Origin: Candidatus Peregrinibacteria bacterium CG11_big_fil_rev_8_21_14_0_20_49_14
Lineage (GTDB): Bacteria > Patescibacteriota > Gracilibacteria > Peribacterales > Peribacteraceae
Length of the DNA: 64,000 bases
Direction of reading: 5' to 3'
NCBI GenBank assembly: GCA_002787035.1
Contig: PCVP01000014.1
Location: forward strand, 115,107 to 179,106
The notes beneath the pieces were generated by a model. That model saw only the letters and a program-made list of their open reading frames with translations, was not told the DNA's origin and searched no databases. This document shows positions 53,150 through 62,520 of this stretch, piece by piece (positions within the stretch are counted from its first letter, which is position 1; the number at the start of each line of letters is the position of its first letter). Position numbers and translations under genes: made by a program.

Positions 53150-54511
53150 ATGGCCACACCAGGACAAAATCAGCCGGAGGCAAGTGCAGGGCGAGCCGTT
53201 GAACGTATTCAGCAGGAAACGGGGGACATGCTGAAGCCCTCTATCTTCGACCGCCTCATAGAGCAGGAAAGTCCTGCCGGCGGTGCGGAGAGGGAGAGAG
53301 ATCGTACCAAGCGCGAAACGCTTACGAATGTGCTTGTGCAAGCGGCAAGTAATGAGAACATTCCTCTGGAAGACAGAAGGCAGATGGTAAACAGTACCAT
53401 TATTCAGCTTTCTCAAAGCATGGGAGAAGAAGGAGTGCGCGAAGAGTACGGTCACGTTGTGCTCGACCAACTTGAGAACATTCTGGAACCGGAAGACGAA
53501 CCGAATCGTGTGGAAAAATTGCAGGGAGACTTTGAGAATGTTCGAGGAGATATTATTCCGGCTGAGAGAGAAAAAGTGATGGATACCGCCATCAACGAAG
53601 GATTTGAGATTCCCCGTACGGAGGAAGACATAGAAAACATCAAATCTTCTCACCCCTACTTCTACGTGGAGAACGGCGTGCTGCGAGTACGAGCAGACAT
53701 CATGCACCAGCACATAGAGAAGCTCAGCGGCCCTCCTCCTCTGCCGGGAGAAGCGGGACAGGTAATGGTGCGATGCAGAGAAATGTTGCAGCAGCTGGAA
53801 ACCGTGGACTTCACAAACTTTGTGAGGCTCGTGGATCACGGACCGGACTTCGAGCAGCCGGATTCCGTAAAGAACGCTGCAAATTCCATCCGAATGCTCG
53901 TGGGACTGTTCTTTATTGCCATGGCAACGATTTCTATGATTATGGAGCGCAATAAAGCTTTCCCCACATTCACCGCAATCTATGCGGGATTGGCCGTACT
54001 TACACTGAATCCACGAATGTTTTCAGGTGAGCTACGTACTCTGAGAGGACAGTTGGAATTCGTGCACACGGCAGGATGGGACACGCTTACAGATGCGAAC
54101 AAGGAGTTTTTAACCGGCGAACGCGGAGAAGAATTCTTCGAAGAAATGACCGCAGAAGCTGAAATCCGTTCATTGTACGACAAGGTGGAAAAGGGCGATC
54201 TCTCGAGTGAAGAGTACTACGCCAAGCTTGAGGAGTTGGGAATAAGCGAAAGGCATATGACGTTTCTCCGAGAGCTGGAAGGCAGAAACAAGGAACAGTG
54301 GACGTTCCTCCTCTCAAACATTCGCCGCGTACAATCACCGGATGCGCAGACACTGCTTTCAGGATTTGCACGAGAAGGTATGAATGTTGCATCCATGGGA
54401 GAAATTCCTACAAAGCAGCCTGTTCCTGTTCCCGAAACATTCGCAGATAACAGTCAGGTGGGACAACAGTTCGGAGGAATTTCCGGACCACTCAGAGTAC
54501 CCACAAGCTAA
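53150..54511 (+). CDS. hypothetical protein with a central pair of TM helices
   Basis: 453 aa starting 7 nt after the previous stop. It has an acidic, helical N-terminal half, two TM helices (IRMLVGLFFIAMATISMIM, FTAIYAGLAVLTL) and a helical C-terminal half. Confidence 0.6.
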   Translation: MATPGQNQPEASAGRAVERIQQETGDMLKPSIFDRLIEQESPAGGAERERDRTKRETLTNVLVQAASNENIPLEDRRQMVNSTIIQLSQSMGEEGVREEYGHVVLDQLENILEPEDEPNRVEKLQGDFENVRGDIIPAEREKVMDTAINEGFEIPRTEEDIENIKSSHPYFYVENGVLRVRADIMHQHIEKLSGPPPLPGEAGQVMVRCREMLQQLETVDFTNFVRLVDHGPDFEQPDSVKNAANSIRMLVGLFFIAMATISMIMERNKAFPTFTAIYAGLAVLTLNPRMFSGELRTLRGQLEFVHTAGWDTLTDANKEFLTGERGEEFFEEMTAEAEIRSLYDKVEKGDLSSEEYYAKLEELGISERHMTFLRELEGRNKEQWTFLLSNIRRVQSPDAQTLLSGFAREGMNVASMGEIPTKQPVPVPETFADNSQVGQQFGGISGPLRVPTS

Positions 54512-56769
54512 CGCTTTTTCTTTAACTCACGAAGGAAGACTTCCAACCTGTCTCCCTGCTCTATGAGCTGAGTAGTTTCCACTTTCATACCGCATTCCGT
54601 CCCTTCTTTGGCTTCCTTGATGTCTTTTTCCTGGTTCTTGAGAGATGTGATGCGTCCCGACCCTATCTCCTCCTCTCCTCTGAAGAGTCTGAACGGCAAT
54701 CGCTTTATGACACCGTCTGTCACCTTTCCTCCTACGATCTGGTCACTCTTCTTTGTCATGAAGACCTCTTTTACTTCCAGATGTCCGAAGATCTTCTCCT
54801 CCTCTTCCGGCTCTACCAATTCGTTGATGAGACCTTCTATATCGTCCAAAAGAGCGTACACAATATCGTATTCGCGTACCTCCACCCCTTCACGCTCCGC
54901 CGTGCGACCGACATCCGAACCGGCAGGAACATGGAAAGCAATCACAATACCGTCACTCGCCGCAGCCATCATCACGTCGGATTCGGTGACCGCGCCCACT
55001 CCTGCGTGAATGACTTTCACCGCAGCTTCTTGTGTGGCCAGTTTGGAAAGCGAACTCTGCAAAGCTTCCAAAGAACCCTGTGTGTCTGCCTTCAGCACCA
55101 CTTTCAACTGAGAAAGCTTTCCTTCCGACAGGCGTGTAACCAAGTCTGCGAAGCTGCGCTTTCGCTTGAGCTCCACATGTTCTTTCACTCGGTCCAGAAG
55201 ATCCTTTGCCTCCTTGTCGGAAGAAACAACCTGCAAAATATCTCCCACTTGCGGAACACCGGAGAAGCCCGAAAGGCGAACAGCTCCCGAAGGCGGAATA
55301 CTCTTCAGACGTTTGCCGTGCGCATCCATCATGGCACGCACGCGGCCTGTGGTGCTTCCGCACACGAAAATATCACCCATGGAGAATGTTCCCGTGTTCA
55401 CAATAACCGTAGCCAGTGGCCCGTGAGAGGGATCTAGGTGACTTTCTATCACCGTACACACCGCTCGTCTGTTCGGGTTTGCCTTCAGGTCATTAATTTC
55501 TGCCATAAGAATAATATGCTCAAGCAGATCCGGAATTCCCTGCTTTGTAACGGCACTGCACTGTACCACCGGAGTTTTTCCGCCCCACTCTTCAGGTTGC
55601 AAATCGTACCCTGCCAATTCACCCATGACTCTCTCGGGGTTTGCATTCTCTTTATCTATTTTATTGATAGCCACAAGAATCGGCACTCCCGCATCTTTCG
55701 CGTGGTTAATTGCTTCCACAGTCGTGGGCATAACGCTCTCTTCTGCTGACACAACGATAATTGCAATATCCGTTACTTGCGCTCCACGAGCACGCATGGC
55801 GGTGAACGCCTCGTGACCCGGCGTGTCTAAGAAGGTAATGTGCTTCATCTCCTTTGTACCTGCGGGAACAAATTCCACTTGGTACGCACCGATGTGCTGT
55901 GTAATTCCTCCCGCCTCACCCGATACAACATCCGTTTCACGAATCGCATCCAAAATGGCGGTCTTTCCGTGGTCGACATGACCCATCACCACCACTATGG
56001 GCGGCCTGGGAATAAGGTTTTCCGGTTCGTCTTTCAGCAGCTCCTCTAAGTTTCCGGATAGGAAAGATTCCACGTCGGCACCTGTTTCCTGCTTCTGTGC
56101 CACGACACCGAGTTCATCTGCGATGAGTGCGGCGGTATCGAAATCTATGGTTTGATTTACGGTTGCCATCACGCCGTTTTTCATGAGGGACTGAATGACC
56201 AGAGGAACCTGTATTCCTGTCTTCTCCGCAAATTCTTTTACCGTCACTTCCGAGGGCAGGAGTACGACTCCTTCTTTCTTCTTAATTTGTTCCTGAGGCC
56301 CCTGAGAAGCAGCCTTACGATTAGCCATGGCCTTCTCTTCTCGGGCAGCCTCTTCGAGTTCTTCTTTCGTAGGTTGTTTCTGCATATCCTCCTGCTGCTT
56401 TGCGATAGCCTCTTTTGAGACATCATCCAACGTCAGCTTCCGCAGGACATTGAGAGATTCTTTCTTCTGCGATACGGCCTTTTTGGGTGCTGCTTCCGCA
56501 ACTTGCGGCGCTTCATCCTCGGCGGAAGAATCTTCTTCCCGTGCCTCATCACTCTGCTCGCTGTCTTCATCGAAATCTGCTCCGAGACCGAGTGCCTCCA
56601 TATCCACCTCTATACCCTTTTTCTGAGCCACGAACCGAATGATTCCTTGTGCCAGTCCGTCGGGCACTTCGCGGTCGGTTGGCTTTACGCCGAAGTCGAC
56701 ATCAGTCAGCTCCTTGCGGAGCTGCTGACCTGTCATACCCAATGCTTTTGCCACCTTGACGAGGCGCAT
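54508..56769 (-). CDS. infB: translation initiation factor IF-2
   Basis: PPIVVVMGHVDHGKTAILDAIR...DTPGHEAFTAMRARGA...NKIDK. 753 aa with a charged N-terminal region. Confidence 0.95.
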   Translation of the reverse strand: MRLVKVAKALGMTGQQLRKELTDVDFGVKPTDREVPDGLAQGIIRFVAQKKGIEVDMEALGLGADFDEDSEQSDEAREEDSSAEDEAPQVAEAAPKKAVSQKKESLNVLRKLTLDDVSKEAIAKQQEDMQKQPTKEELEEAAREEKAMANRKAASQGPQEQIKKKEGVVLLPSEVTVKEFAEKTGIQVPLVIQSLMKNGVMATVNQTIDFDTAALIADELGVVAQKQETGADVESFLSGNLEELLKDEPENLIPRPPIVVVMGHVDHGKTAILDAIRETDVVSGEAGGITQHIGAYQVEFVPAGTKEMKHITFLDTPGHEAFTAMRARGAQVTDIAIIVVSAEESVMPTTVEAINHAKDAGVPILVAINKIDKENANPERVMGELAGYDLQPEEWGGKTPVVQCSAVTKQGIPDLLEHIILMAEINDLKANPNRRAVCTVIESHLDPSHGPLATVIVNTGTFSMGDIFVCGSTTGRVRAMMDAHGKRLKSIPPSGAVRLSGFSGVPQVGDILQVVSSDKEAKDLLDRVKEHVELKRKRSFADLVTRLSEGKLSQLKVVLKADTQGSLEALQSSLSKLATQEAAVKVIHAGVGAVTESDVMMAAASDGIVIAFHVPAGSDVGRTAEREGVEVREYDIVYALLDDIEGLINELVEPEEEEKIFGHLEVKEVFMTKKSDQIVGGKVTDGVIKRLPFRLFRGEEEIGSGRITSLKNQEKDIKEAKEGTECGMKVETTQLIEQGDRLEVFLRELKKKR

Positions 56770-56849
56770 AAGTTTCGAAAATCAGAAATGTACGAGCACA
56801 GTGTAGCAGAGAGCCTTTTTTCCTCAAGAAAAAGGCATGATTTGCGTGC

Positions 56850-58208
56850 CTACCGCGTGAGGTCTTTTACGATATCCGTCCCTCCGGATTCATCGTGTTT
56901 CGTATCGTCATTCTCCCCCACCTTTTCCACGATATCGATACCGGTTCGTGCCGGCTCCTTCGGAAGATCTTGTGATTTTGGCGAGACCGAATGCAATCCG
57001 GCATTCTGTATTGGTATTTGCTGCTGCCCATTTTTTGCCTGTGTTTCGGCTCTCTGCGTAGCCATGCCTTTCTTCAGTGTCTGCACGCACTCCAGTACTT
57101 GCAAATCGAAGTTATGAAACTGAGCCACACGAAAACCCGACGCACGGGGGTGCCCGCCTCCTCCGAATGTTTGCCCGGCCAGAGCACTCACATCTATGGC
57201 ATTGGAAGAGCGCATGCTTGCTTTCAGCCCTCCTTCCTCCAATTCAGTAAAGAGCACATGCACATCGGCATCCGGAATGGTGGATATGAGCTCATCGAGA
57301 ATGCCGTGAGTCTCTTTGCTGGTGGCACCCATTTCCGCCAAGTCTTCCTTGCTCACCGAAGACCAAACGATACCGTCTTTGGCATCGATTTGAATTCTAT
57401 TGAGCGCACGCCCCCATATTTTCAGCGTGCTAAGCGGCTTGGTTTTATAGATGTGCTGAATAATCTCCTGCTGCCTTGCGCCGTAATCCAGCAGTTCTGC
57501 GGCAATCTCCAATGAGCGAGGAGTCGTATTGGGATTTTGGAAACTGCGGGTATCGGTAATAAGTCCCGTGAGAAGCAGTGTGGCAATATCCGGTGTGATG
57601 CGGTCTTTCCAACCCGGCACTTGTGTAAACCAGCTGTACAGCACTTCCGTAGCGCTGGCCGCAGTGGGATCTATGAGGTGAAGCTGGCCATAGCCGGGGT
57701 TACTGATGTGATGGTCTATGTTGAGAATCGGCACGGATGAAAAGAGATCCACATGCTCACTATATATGGAACCAAAGAGGTGCAGATCTGCCGTATCCAC
57801 ACAGACAATAAGATCGTAGGGCTTATCCCCCTCTCCAAGAACGATATCGCGCGGCTGAATACTCCCCTTCTTCGGTACAACGATAATATTGACCTTCCGG
57901 TCTTCCACCGCGTAGCGGAGCTTATCCACTTCCACTCCCTCCTGCAGATTCACCGTGATAACAAACTGCTGCCCTTCCGCCACGTTCTGTGTGAGTTTCT
58001 CGAAGCTTGGGAGGAACCGTAAGAAGTCAGGTAACGTATCCGGGCAGACAACCGTGACATCTTTCCCCAGAGACTGAAACATCAGATAACATGCAAGCGC
58101 ACTGCTGAGACCATCGGGGTCCACATTGGCATGAGGAATCACCAGAATGCGCTGATTGTCCTGAATCGCTCGCAATGCCGCTGAAATGTCTGGTTGAGAA
58201 AGGCTCAT
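56850..58208 (-). CDS. DHH/DHHA1 family phosphoesterase (NrnA-like) with ~110-aa C-terminal extension
   Basis: ILVIPHANVDPDGLSS...NIDHHISN...GLITDT...GGGGHPRASGF (DHH motifs I-IV and DHHA1 GGGH). Confidence 0.85.
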   Translation of the reverse strand: MSLSQPDISAALRAIQDNQRILVIPHANVDPDGLSSALACYLMFQSLGKDVTVVCPDTLPDFLRFLPSFEKLTQNVAEGQQFVITVNLQEGVEVDKLRYAVEDRKVNIIVVPKKGSIQPRDIVLGEGDKPYDLIVCVDTADLHLFGSIYSEHVDLFSSVPILNIDHHISNPGYGQLHLIDPTAASATEVLYSWFTQVPGWKDRITPDIATLLLTGLITDTRSFQNPNTTPRSLEIAAELLDYGARQQEIIQHIYKTKPLSTLKIWGRALNRIQIDAKDGIVWSSVSKEDLAEMGATSKETHGILDELISTIPDADVHVLFTELEEGGLKASMRSSNAIDVSALAGQTFGGGGHPRASGFRVAQFHNFDLQVLECVQTLKKGMATQRAETQAKNGQQQIPIQNAGLHSVSPKSQDLPKEPARTGIDIVEKVGENDDTKHDESGGTDIVKDLTR

Positions 58209-58390
58209 GTAATCATATTATTATACAATATTTTTATAGTTTTAGCAATACCGTGATATGCCCTTCCGGAATGCTTCATAGTGTCATAAAGTGCAGAATT
58301 AAGCATAGAACAGTACAGTTGACAACAAGCATTTGCAAGTGATTGGTATACGAAATATGAATTTCGTGCACAGCATCTCGGTTTTTCCGG

Positions 58391-58630
58391 ATATGCGCCA
58401 CGACCCCAAGTAGATTCTCAGTAATCGGGGCGTAGTTCCCACCGTCGTCTGCTGCGGCGGACTATGGCGGGCGAGGCAAATAGTCCTCATTCTGATATCT
58501 GTTACATTTCACATCCTCGGGGCGTAGTTCCAGCCTTCGCTCGCTGCGGCGAGCTATGGCCGGCAAGCAGTTGGTCGAGTACGCCTGTGGCGGACGAGCC
58601 ATAGAAAAAAGTATCGCATTCTACCAACTC
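58391..58630 (+). repeat. two decayed tRNA-Pro 5' fragments, each carrying a related ~38-nt insert, plus an inverted D-arm fragment
   Basis: CGGGGCGTAGTTC at 58426 and 58518 equals the first 13 nt of tRNA-Pro. Each copy is followed by a related insert (...CTGCGGCGGACTATGGCGGGCGAGG / ...CTGCGGCGAGCTATGGCCGGCAAGC). The leader 58391..58425 is 30/35 identical to 58741..58775. GCATTCTACCAACT (58616..58629) is the reverse complement of the tRNA D-arm. Confidence 0.7.
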
Positions 58631-58661
58631 TCTACATTTCAATGTATTCTTTCGGGCGTCT

Positions 58662-58735
58662 CGGGGCGTAGTTCAGTTGGTAGAATGAAGGCTTAAGGGT
58701 CGGTTGCAGTCGCTGGTTCGAGTCCCTCTCCTTTT
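58662..58735 (+). pseudogene. tRNA-Pro-like pseudogene (colinear with tRNA-Pro from the 5' end to the T-loop; anticodon arm degenerate, 3' acceptor strand missing)
   Basis: CGGGGCGTAGTTCAGTTGGTAGAATG and GTCGCTGGTTCGAGTCC are identical to the intact gene. The intervening anticodon arm cannot pair. Identity ends at 58725, and the following CTCTCCTTTTT cannot pair with the 5' acceptor strand. Confidence 0.65.
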
Positions 58736-58775
58736 TCTAGATATGCGTCACGACCCCAAGTAGACTCTGGATAAT

Positions 58776-58851
58776 CGGGGCGTAGTTCAGTTGGTAGAAT
58801 GCACGGCTGGGGGTCGTGCGGTCGCTGGTTCGAGTCCAGTCGCCCCGACCA
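58776..58851 (+). tRNA. tRNA-Pro (anticodon GGG)
   Basis: CGGGGCG UA GUUC AGUUGGUA GAAU G CACGG CUGGGGG UCGUG CGGUC GCUGG UUCGAGU CCAGU CGCCCCG A CCA. This is a complete 76-nt cloverleaf with a C1-G72 pair and an encoded CCA. Confidence 0.9.
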
Positions 58852-58905
58852 CATCACATGTCTTCTCTTACTTCTCTACAATGAAGAACTTTCTGCTCAT
58901 CAATT

Positions 58906-58934
58906 TTGACATTTGACACAGTTAAATTTAATGT
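58906..58934 (+). promoter_or_regulatory. promoter with tandem TTGACA boxes upstream of the HTH gene
   Basis: TTGACA at 58906..58911 and again at 58913..58918, with TAATGT at 58929..58934 (17-nt spacer from the first box). A related GTCAATTCGACAC element lies at 58951..58963. Confidence 0.45.
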
Positions 58935-58983
58935 GAAAGTAGCTCTTTTTGTCAATTCGACACTTTCATGGAGGTAAAAAACG

Positions 58984-59229
58984 ATGTTGAAAGTTTACTC
59001 GACCGGGCAAGTCGCCAAAGTGTGCGGCGTGTCACCACGAACCGTAAGCAAGTGGTTCGATTCGGGACGACTGAAGGGGTATCGAATCCCCGGAAGTCAA
59101 AGACGTCGTATTCCACGCGAATATCTTATAAAGTTTCTAAAGGAGCATGGTATGCCCCTCGGAGACCTCGAAGAGAAGCCGCCGGAAGCGACACCCGTAC
59201 CCGTTGCCGCAAACGGCGACAAGAGCTGA
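58984..59229 (+). CDS. excisionase-family (MerR-like HTH_17) DNA-binding protein
   Basis: MLKVYSTGQVAKVCGVSPRTVSKWFDSGRLKGYRIPGSQRRRIPREYLIKFL is the typical helix-turn-helix of the excisionase family. A canonical GGAGG lies 9 nt upstream of the ATG. Confidence 0.8.
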   Translation: MLKVYSTGQVAKVCGVSPRTVSKWFDSGRLKGYRIPGSQRRRIPREYLIKFLKEHGMPLGDLEEKPPEATPVPVAANGDKS

Positions 59230-59256
59230 CGCTTGCGGGCAACTGCAAGCAACCGA

Positions 59257-59284
59257 AAGCCCCTGCTAATAACAGGGGCTTTTC
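59257..59284 (+). terminator. rho-independent terminator
   Basis: AAGCCCCTG (59257..59265) / loop CTAATAA / CAGGGGCT (59273..59280; pairs with AGCCCCTG at 59258..59265), then TTT. Confidence 0.75.
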
Positions 59285-59386
59285 TTACGGTTACAAACCT
59301 ACTCTTCTCATTACATGAGGAGAAGTTTATGCTCGGTAGGAATTGAAAATTGGTCTGCCGACCGCATAAGTCTTCAGCAATACACT

Positions 59387-60079
59387 ATGCCTTCCTTCAC
59401 TGAAGAAAACGTCCGTGCGCATTTCGAAAAATTAGCACTTTCGTATGATGACGGAAAAACAAAAAACAGTACCTACTACACGCATCTCAAAAAAAACCTG
59501 CAGCTACGCATTCCGCACGGAAGAAGTGTGCTGGAAATTGGCTGCGGTACGGGTGATATTCTTCAATCTCTCTCCCCTTCCCGAGGAGTCGGCATAGATA
59601 TTTCTCAAGTCATGATAAAACAATGCAAACAGAAGTATCCGCAAGGCACATGGTTTCACGGAAACATGGCAGAGTTTTTGCAGAGTAACAATGACACATA
59701 CGATTTTATTTTGCTGGCAGACACGGTAGAGCATGTGCCAAATCTCCCCGCACTCTTCTCGCAACTTCCACATGTGTCGCACCTGGGTACGCAACTGATA
59801 ATAAGTATGGCAAATCCGCTCTGGGAACTGCTGCTTCTTCTGCTGGAAGCACTGCACCTTAAAATGCCGGAAGGACCGCACAGACGACTGAGAAGTACGA
59901 TACTTCTCTCTGCGCTGCAACAAGAGGGATTTGAGCCAAGCGGCAGATCATTTCATCTGCTCCTGCCCACATACATTCCCCTACTAAGCTCCATTGCCAC
60001 CGCGTGCGAAAGAGTTCCGCTTCTGCGACGATGCGGAGTTATAGAAATACTGCGACTTGAGTATGTGGGAAAGAAGTGA
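59387..60079 (+). CDS. class I SAM-dependent methyltransferase
   Basis: VLEIGCGTGDIL (motif I), GVGIDIS (motif II) and YDFILLADTVEHV (motif III context). The start is at the internal ATG (MPSFTEENV) of ORF 59315..60079. Confidence 0.8.
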   Translation: MPSFTEENVRAHFEKLALSYDDGKTKNSTYYTHLKKNLQLRIPHGRSVLEIGCGTGDILQSLSPSRGVGIDISQVMIKQCKQKYPQGTWFHGNMAEFLQSNNDTYDFILLADTVEHVPNLPALFSQLPHVSHLGTQLIISMANPLWELLLLLLEALHLKMPEGPHRRLRSTILLSALQQEGFEPSGRSFHLLLPTYIPLLSSIATACERVPLLRRCGVIEILRLEYVGKK

Positions 60080-60097
60080 AACGGGTATCATGTGCCC

Positions 60098-60370
60098 ATG
60101 ACGAATAACGCAAGCGACGCTCTGCAGGCAATACAGGAACGCAACGCACGAGTGGAAGCGGAGAAAGCGTGGGAGACAAGCCGGAGCAGGCGCATGAGCA
60201 TCCTCGTTATTATCTACATTACTGCCACGATTTTTCTGTACGGCATCGATGCGGAGCACCCCCTTGTACAAGGACTCGTCCCCGCGGGAGGATACCTACT
60301 CTCCACCCTCTCTCTTCCCTGGATGAAGAAGAGGTGGATACAGAAATACCATGAGAGTGCTAAGAGCTAA
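60098..60370 (+). CDS. small 2-TM membrane protein
   Basis: ~90 aa with an amphipathic N-terminus and two hydrophobic helices ([32 protein letters not shown]). The ORF opens at GTG 60092. Confidence 0.5.
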   Translation: MTNNASDALQAIQERNARVEAEKAWETSRSRRMSILVIIYITATIFLYGIDAEHPLVQGLVPAGGYLLSTLSLPWMKKRWIQKYHESAKS

Positions 60371-61631
60371 ACGGAGACACATACTGTGCCTTCGTTCCCA
60401 ACTGCTCCTCTATGCGAAGCAGCTGATTGTACTTACAGACTCTGTCTGTACGACTGAGTGAACCGGTCTTTATTTGCCCTGTCTGCAGCCCCACAGCGAG
60501 GTGCGCTATGAACGTATCTTCTGTTTCACCGCTTCTGTGACTGACGACGGCAGTCCATCCTTCTTTTTGCGTCATGTGTATGGCATCGACCGTTTCGCTC
60601 ACGGAACCTATTTGATTGAGCTTTATGAGAACCGAATTCACCGCACCGAGCTCAATAGCCTTCGTAATGCGCTGCGTATTGGTAACCAAAAGGTCATCAC
60701 CCACGAGTTGTGTGGTGCTTCCCATGCGCATTGTCATGGCGGCAAAGCCGTCCCAGTCATCTTCCGAGTGACTGTCTTCTATGCTGATAAGCGGATACGA
60801 ACCGCAGAGCTTTTCGTAGTAGTCTGTCAATTCGGCCGAAGAGAGAGACTTTCCGTCCACTGCATATGCGCCGTCCGCACAAAACTCGGACGCTGCGGCA
60901 TCTATACCCAGTTGCACCTTTCCGGCGTAGCCCGAAGACTCTATGGCATTCATAAGGAAATCAAATGCCTCCGCACTGTCTTTCACATGAGGAGCAAATC
61001 CTCCTTCGTCTCCCACGGACGTAATATGCCCCGCGTCTTTCAGGAGTTTTTTCAGAGAGTGAAATATTTCCGCACCTGCTCGAAGCGCTTCACTGAAAGA
61101 AGGAAGTCCCGTGGGGATAATCATGCATTCCTGAAACGCCAGTCCGCTGTCTGCGTGCTTACCGCCGTTGATCACATTCATCATGGGTACGGGAAGCCTG
61201 ACAGGGTTTTGTACTTCAAATTGATCTGCCAGCGAAGCCCAGAGTGGCTTGTGCTCGGCACCCGCTCTCGCACGACAAACGGCCATGGAAACTCCGAGTA
61301 TGGCATTCGCACCGAGCTTGGATTTGTTTGGAGTGCCATCGAGATCCAACATGATTTGATCCACCGTGCGCTGATCCGCCACCTTTGTACCGGCCAATGC
61401 CGGCGCTATGACCTTGTTCACGTTGGCTACCGCCTTGAGTACCGACTTTCCGTGATACCTCGTTTTGTCTCCGTCTCGCAACTCCAATGCTTCGTGTGTT
61501 CCTGTGGATGCACCCGAAGGAACAGCACTGCGACCGAATGTTCCGTCGCTTAACTCACAATCCACTTCTACGGTGGGATTACCGCGGGAATCTAAGATCT
61601 GACGAGCAAACAATGTTTTGATGGATGGCAT
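60360..61631 (-). CDS. eno: enolase (phosphopyruvate hydratase)
   Basis: [24 protein letters not shown]...[17 protein letters not shown]...[10 protein letters not shown]...[12 protein letters not shown]...[14 protein letters not shown]. The start is set at ATG 61631 by alignment with typical enolase N-termini. Confidence 0.95.
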   Translation of the reverse strand: MPSIKTLFARQILDSRGNPTVEVDCELSDGTFGRSAVPSGASTGTHEALELRDGDKTRYHGKSVLKAVANVNKVIAPALAGTKVADQRTVDQIMLDLDGTPNKSKLGANAILGVSMAVCRARAGAEHKPLWASLADQFEVQNPVRLPVPMMNVINGGKHADSGLAFQECMIIPTGLPSFSEALRAGAEIFHSLKKLLKDAGHITSVGDEGGFAPHVKDSAEAFDFLMNAIESSGYAGKVQLGIDAAASEFCADGAYAVDGKSLSSAELTDYYEKLCGSYPLISIEDSHSEDDWDGFAAMTMRMGSTTQLVGDDLLVTNTQRITKAIELGAVNSVLIKLNQIGSVSETVDAIHMTQKEGWTAVVSHRSGETEDTFIAHLAVGLQTGQIKTGSLSRTDRVCKYNQLLRIEEQLGTKAQYVSPFSS

Positions 61632-61720
61632 ACGAAGAAAAGAAAATGTATGCCAATAATAGCAGCCCGTGCCCGAAGAGAAAGCGCAGTCTCTACGGAA
61701 CAGTAATTGACAGTACTGCA

Positions 61721-62503
61721 ATGAAGGAAGAATTTATGCGTATGGGAGACTCATTTCAGCAAAAGGCTGCAAGACTGCAAGATGACATGCTCCTGGGAAA
61801 AACAGGATGTATTTTTGGAAAAGAAGCAGCTGAAAAAGGTGCGGTCACCTATGCGTCGGTAGAAACAGGAAACGAAAGAGGGGAATTACTACGAAATCTG
61901 AGTAGTTTTTTTGCAAATCAGCAATACCGTGTACTGGCGCTCATACCAAATAATGATCCTGCCACGTACGAAGATGGCAGAGATCTGGCGTTGGAAATTT
62001 ATCATGATTTACTTCTGGCTCTCCGATCTGTGAACACACTGCTTCTGGATGATTTTGTTCTTCAGGAATTAACGTCAGGTTCCACCACGGATGTGGGAGC
62101 TATGGCGGATGAACTTCCCAGGCAGCAGATGTCACCCGAATCAATATCTCATGCACTCAGGGATGCCGGGATTCGTAAAGATGTCTGCAACTCATTCGGA
62201 GCAAAAGGATTTTTAGCACTCAATTATCTTAATACGACGGCAAAAAGGGTGGAGCTACTCATTCCGTTTGCCATGGGACGCTATTACAAACCCCTGAAAC
62301 CAGGAACAGTGCATCCCAGATACGCAGAAAATTTTGCAGTCATACTCACCTATTATGAAGATATTAAACGAGTACTTGCCGGTACCGACTGCAAGGAAAA
62401 AGTAGGTCGTACGAAGGCATGGCAAAAAGAAACCGTCGGCTATGCGTATAATCAAGGATATCATATTCCGCAGATACCTGAAAAACATCGTTCGGAATTA
62501 TAG
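61721..62503 (+). CDS. hypothetical protein (weak resemblance to the YqcI/YcgG family)
   Basis: 260 aa from the internal ATG 61721. The GCIFGKEAA...RVLALIP and [10 protein letters not shown] blocks loosely recall YqcI/YcgG proteins, recognised from memory only. The ORF opens at 61625, overlapping the eno start. Confidence 0.4.
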   Translation: MKEEFMRMGDSFQQKAARLQDDMLLGKTGCIFGKEAAEKGAVTYASVETGNERGELLRNLSSFFANQQYRVLALIPNNDPATYEDGRDLALEIYHDLLLALRSVNTLLLDDFVLQELTSGSTTDVGAMADELPRQQMSPESISHALRDAGIRKDVCNSFGAKGFLALNYLNTTAKRVELLIPFAMGRYYKPLKPGTVHPRYAENFAVILTYYEDIKRVLAGTDCKEKVGRTKAWQKETVGYAYNQGYHIPQIPEKHRSEL

Positions 62504-62520
62504 AAACAGCCCCTTGTACC

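Noticed and set aside
58426-58790. Possible CRISPR array, suggested by four copies of a short repeat.
   Set aside because: The repeat core is only 13 nt and the spacing is irregular (92, 144 and 114 nt). The repeats are the 5' end of tRNA-Pro, and no cas genes are present.
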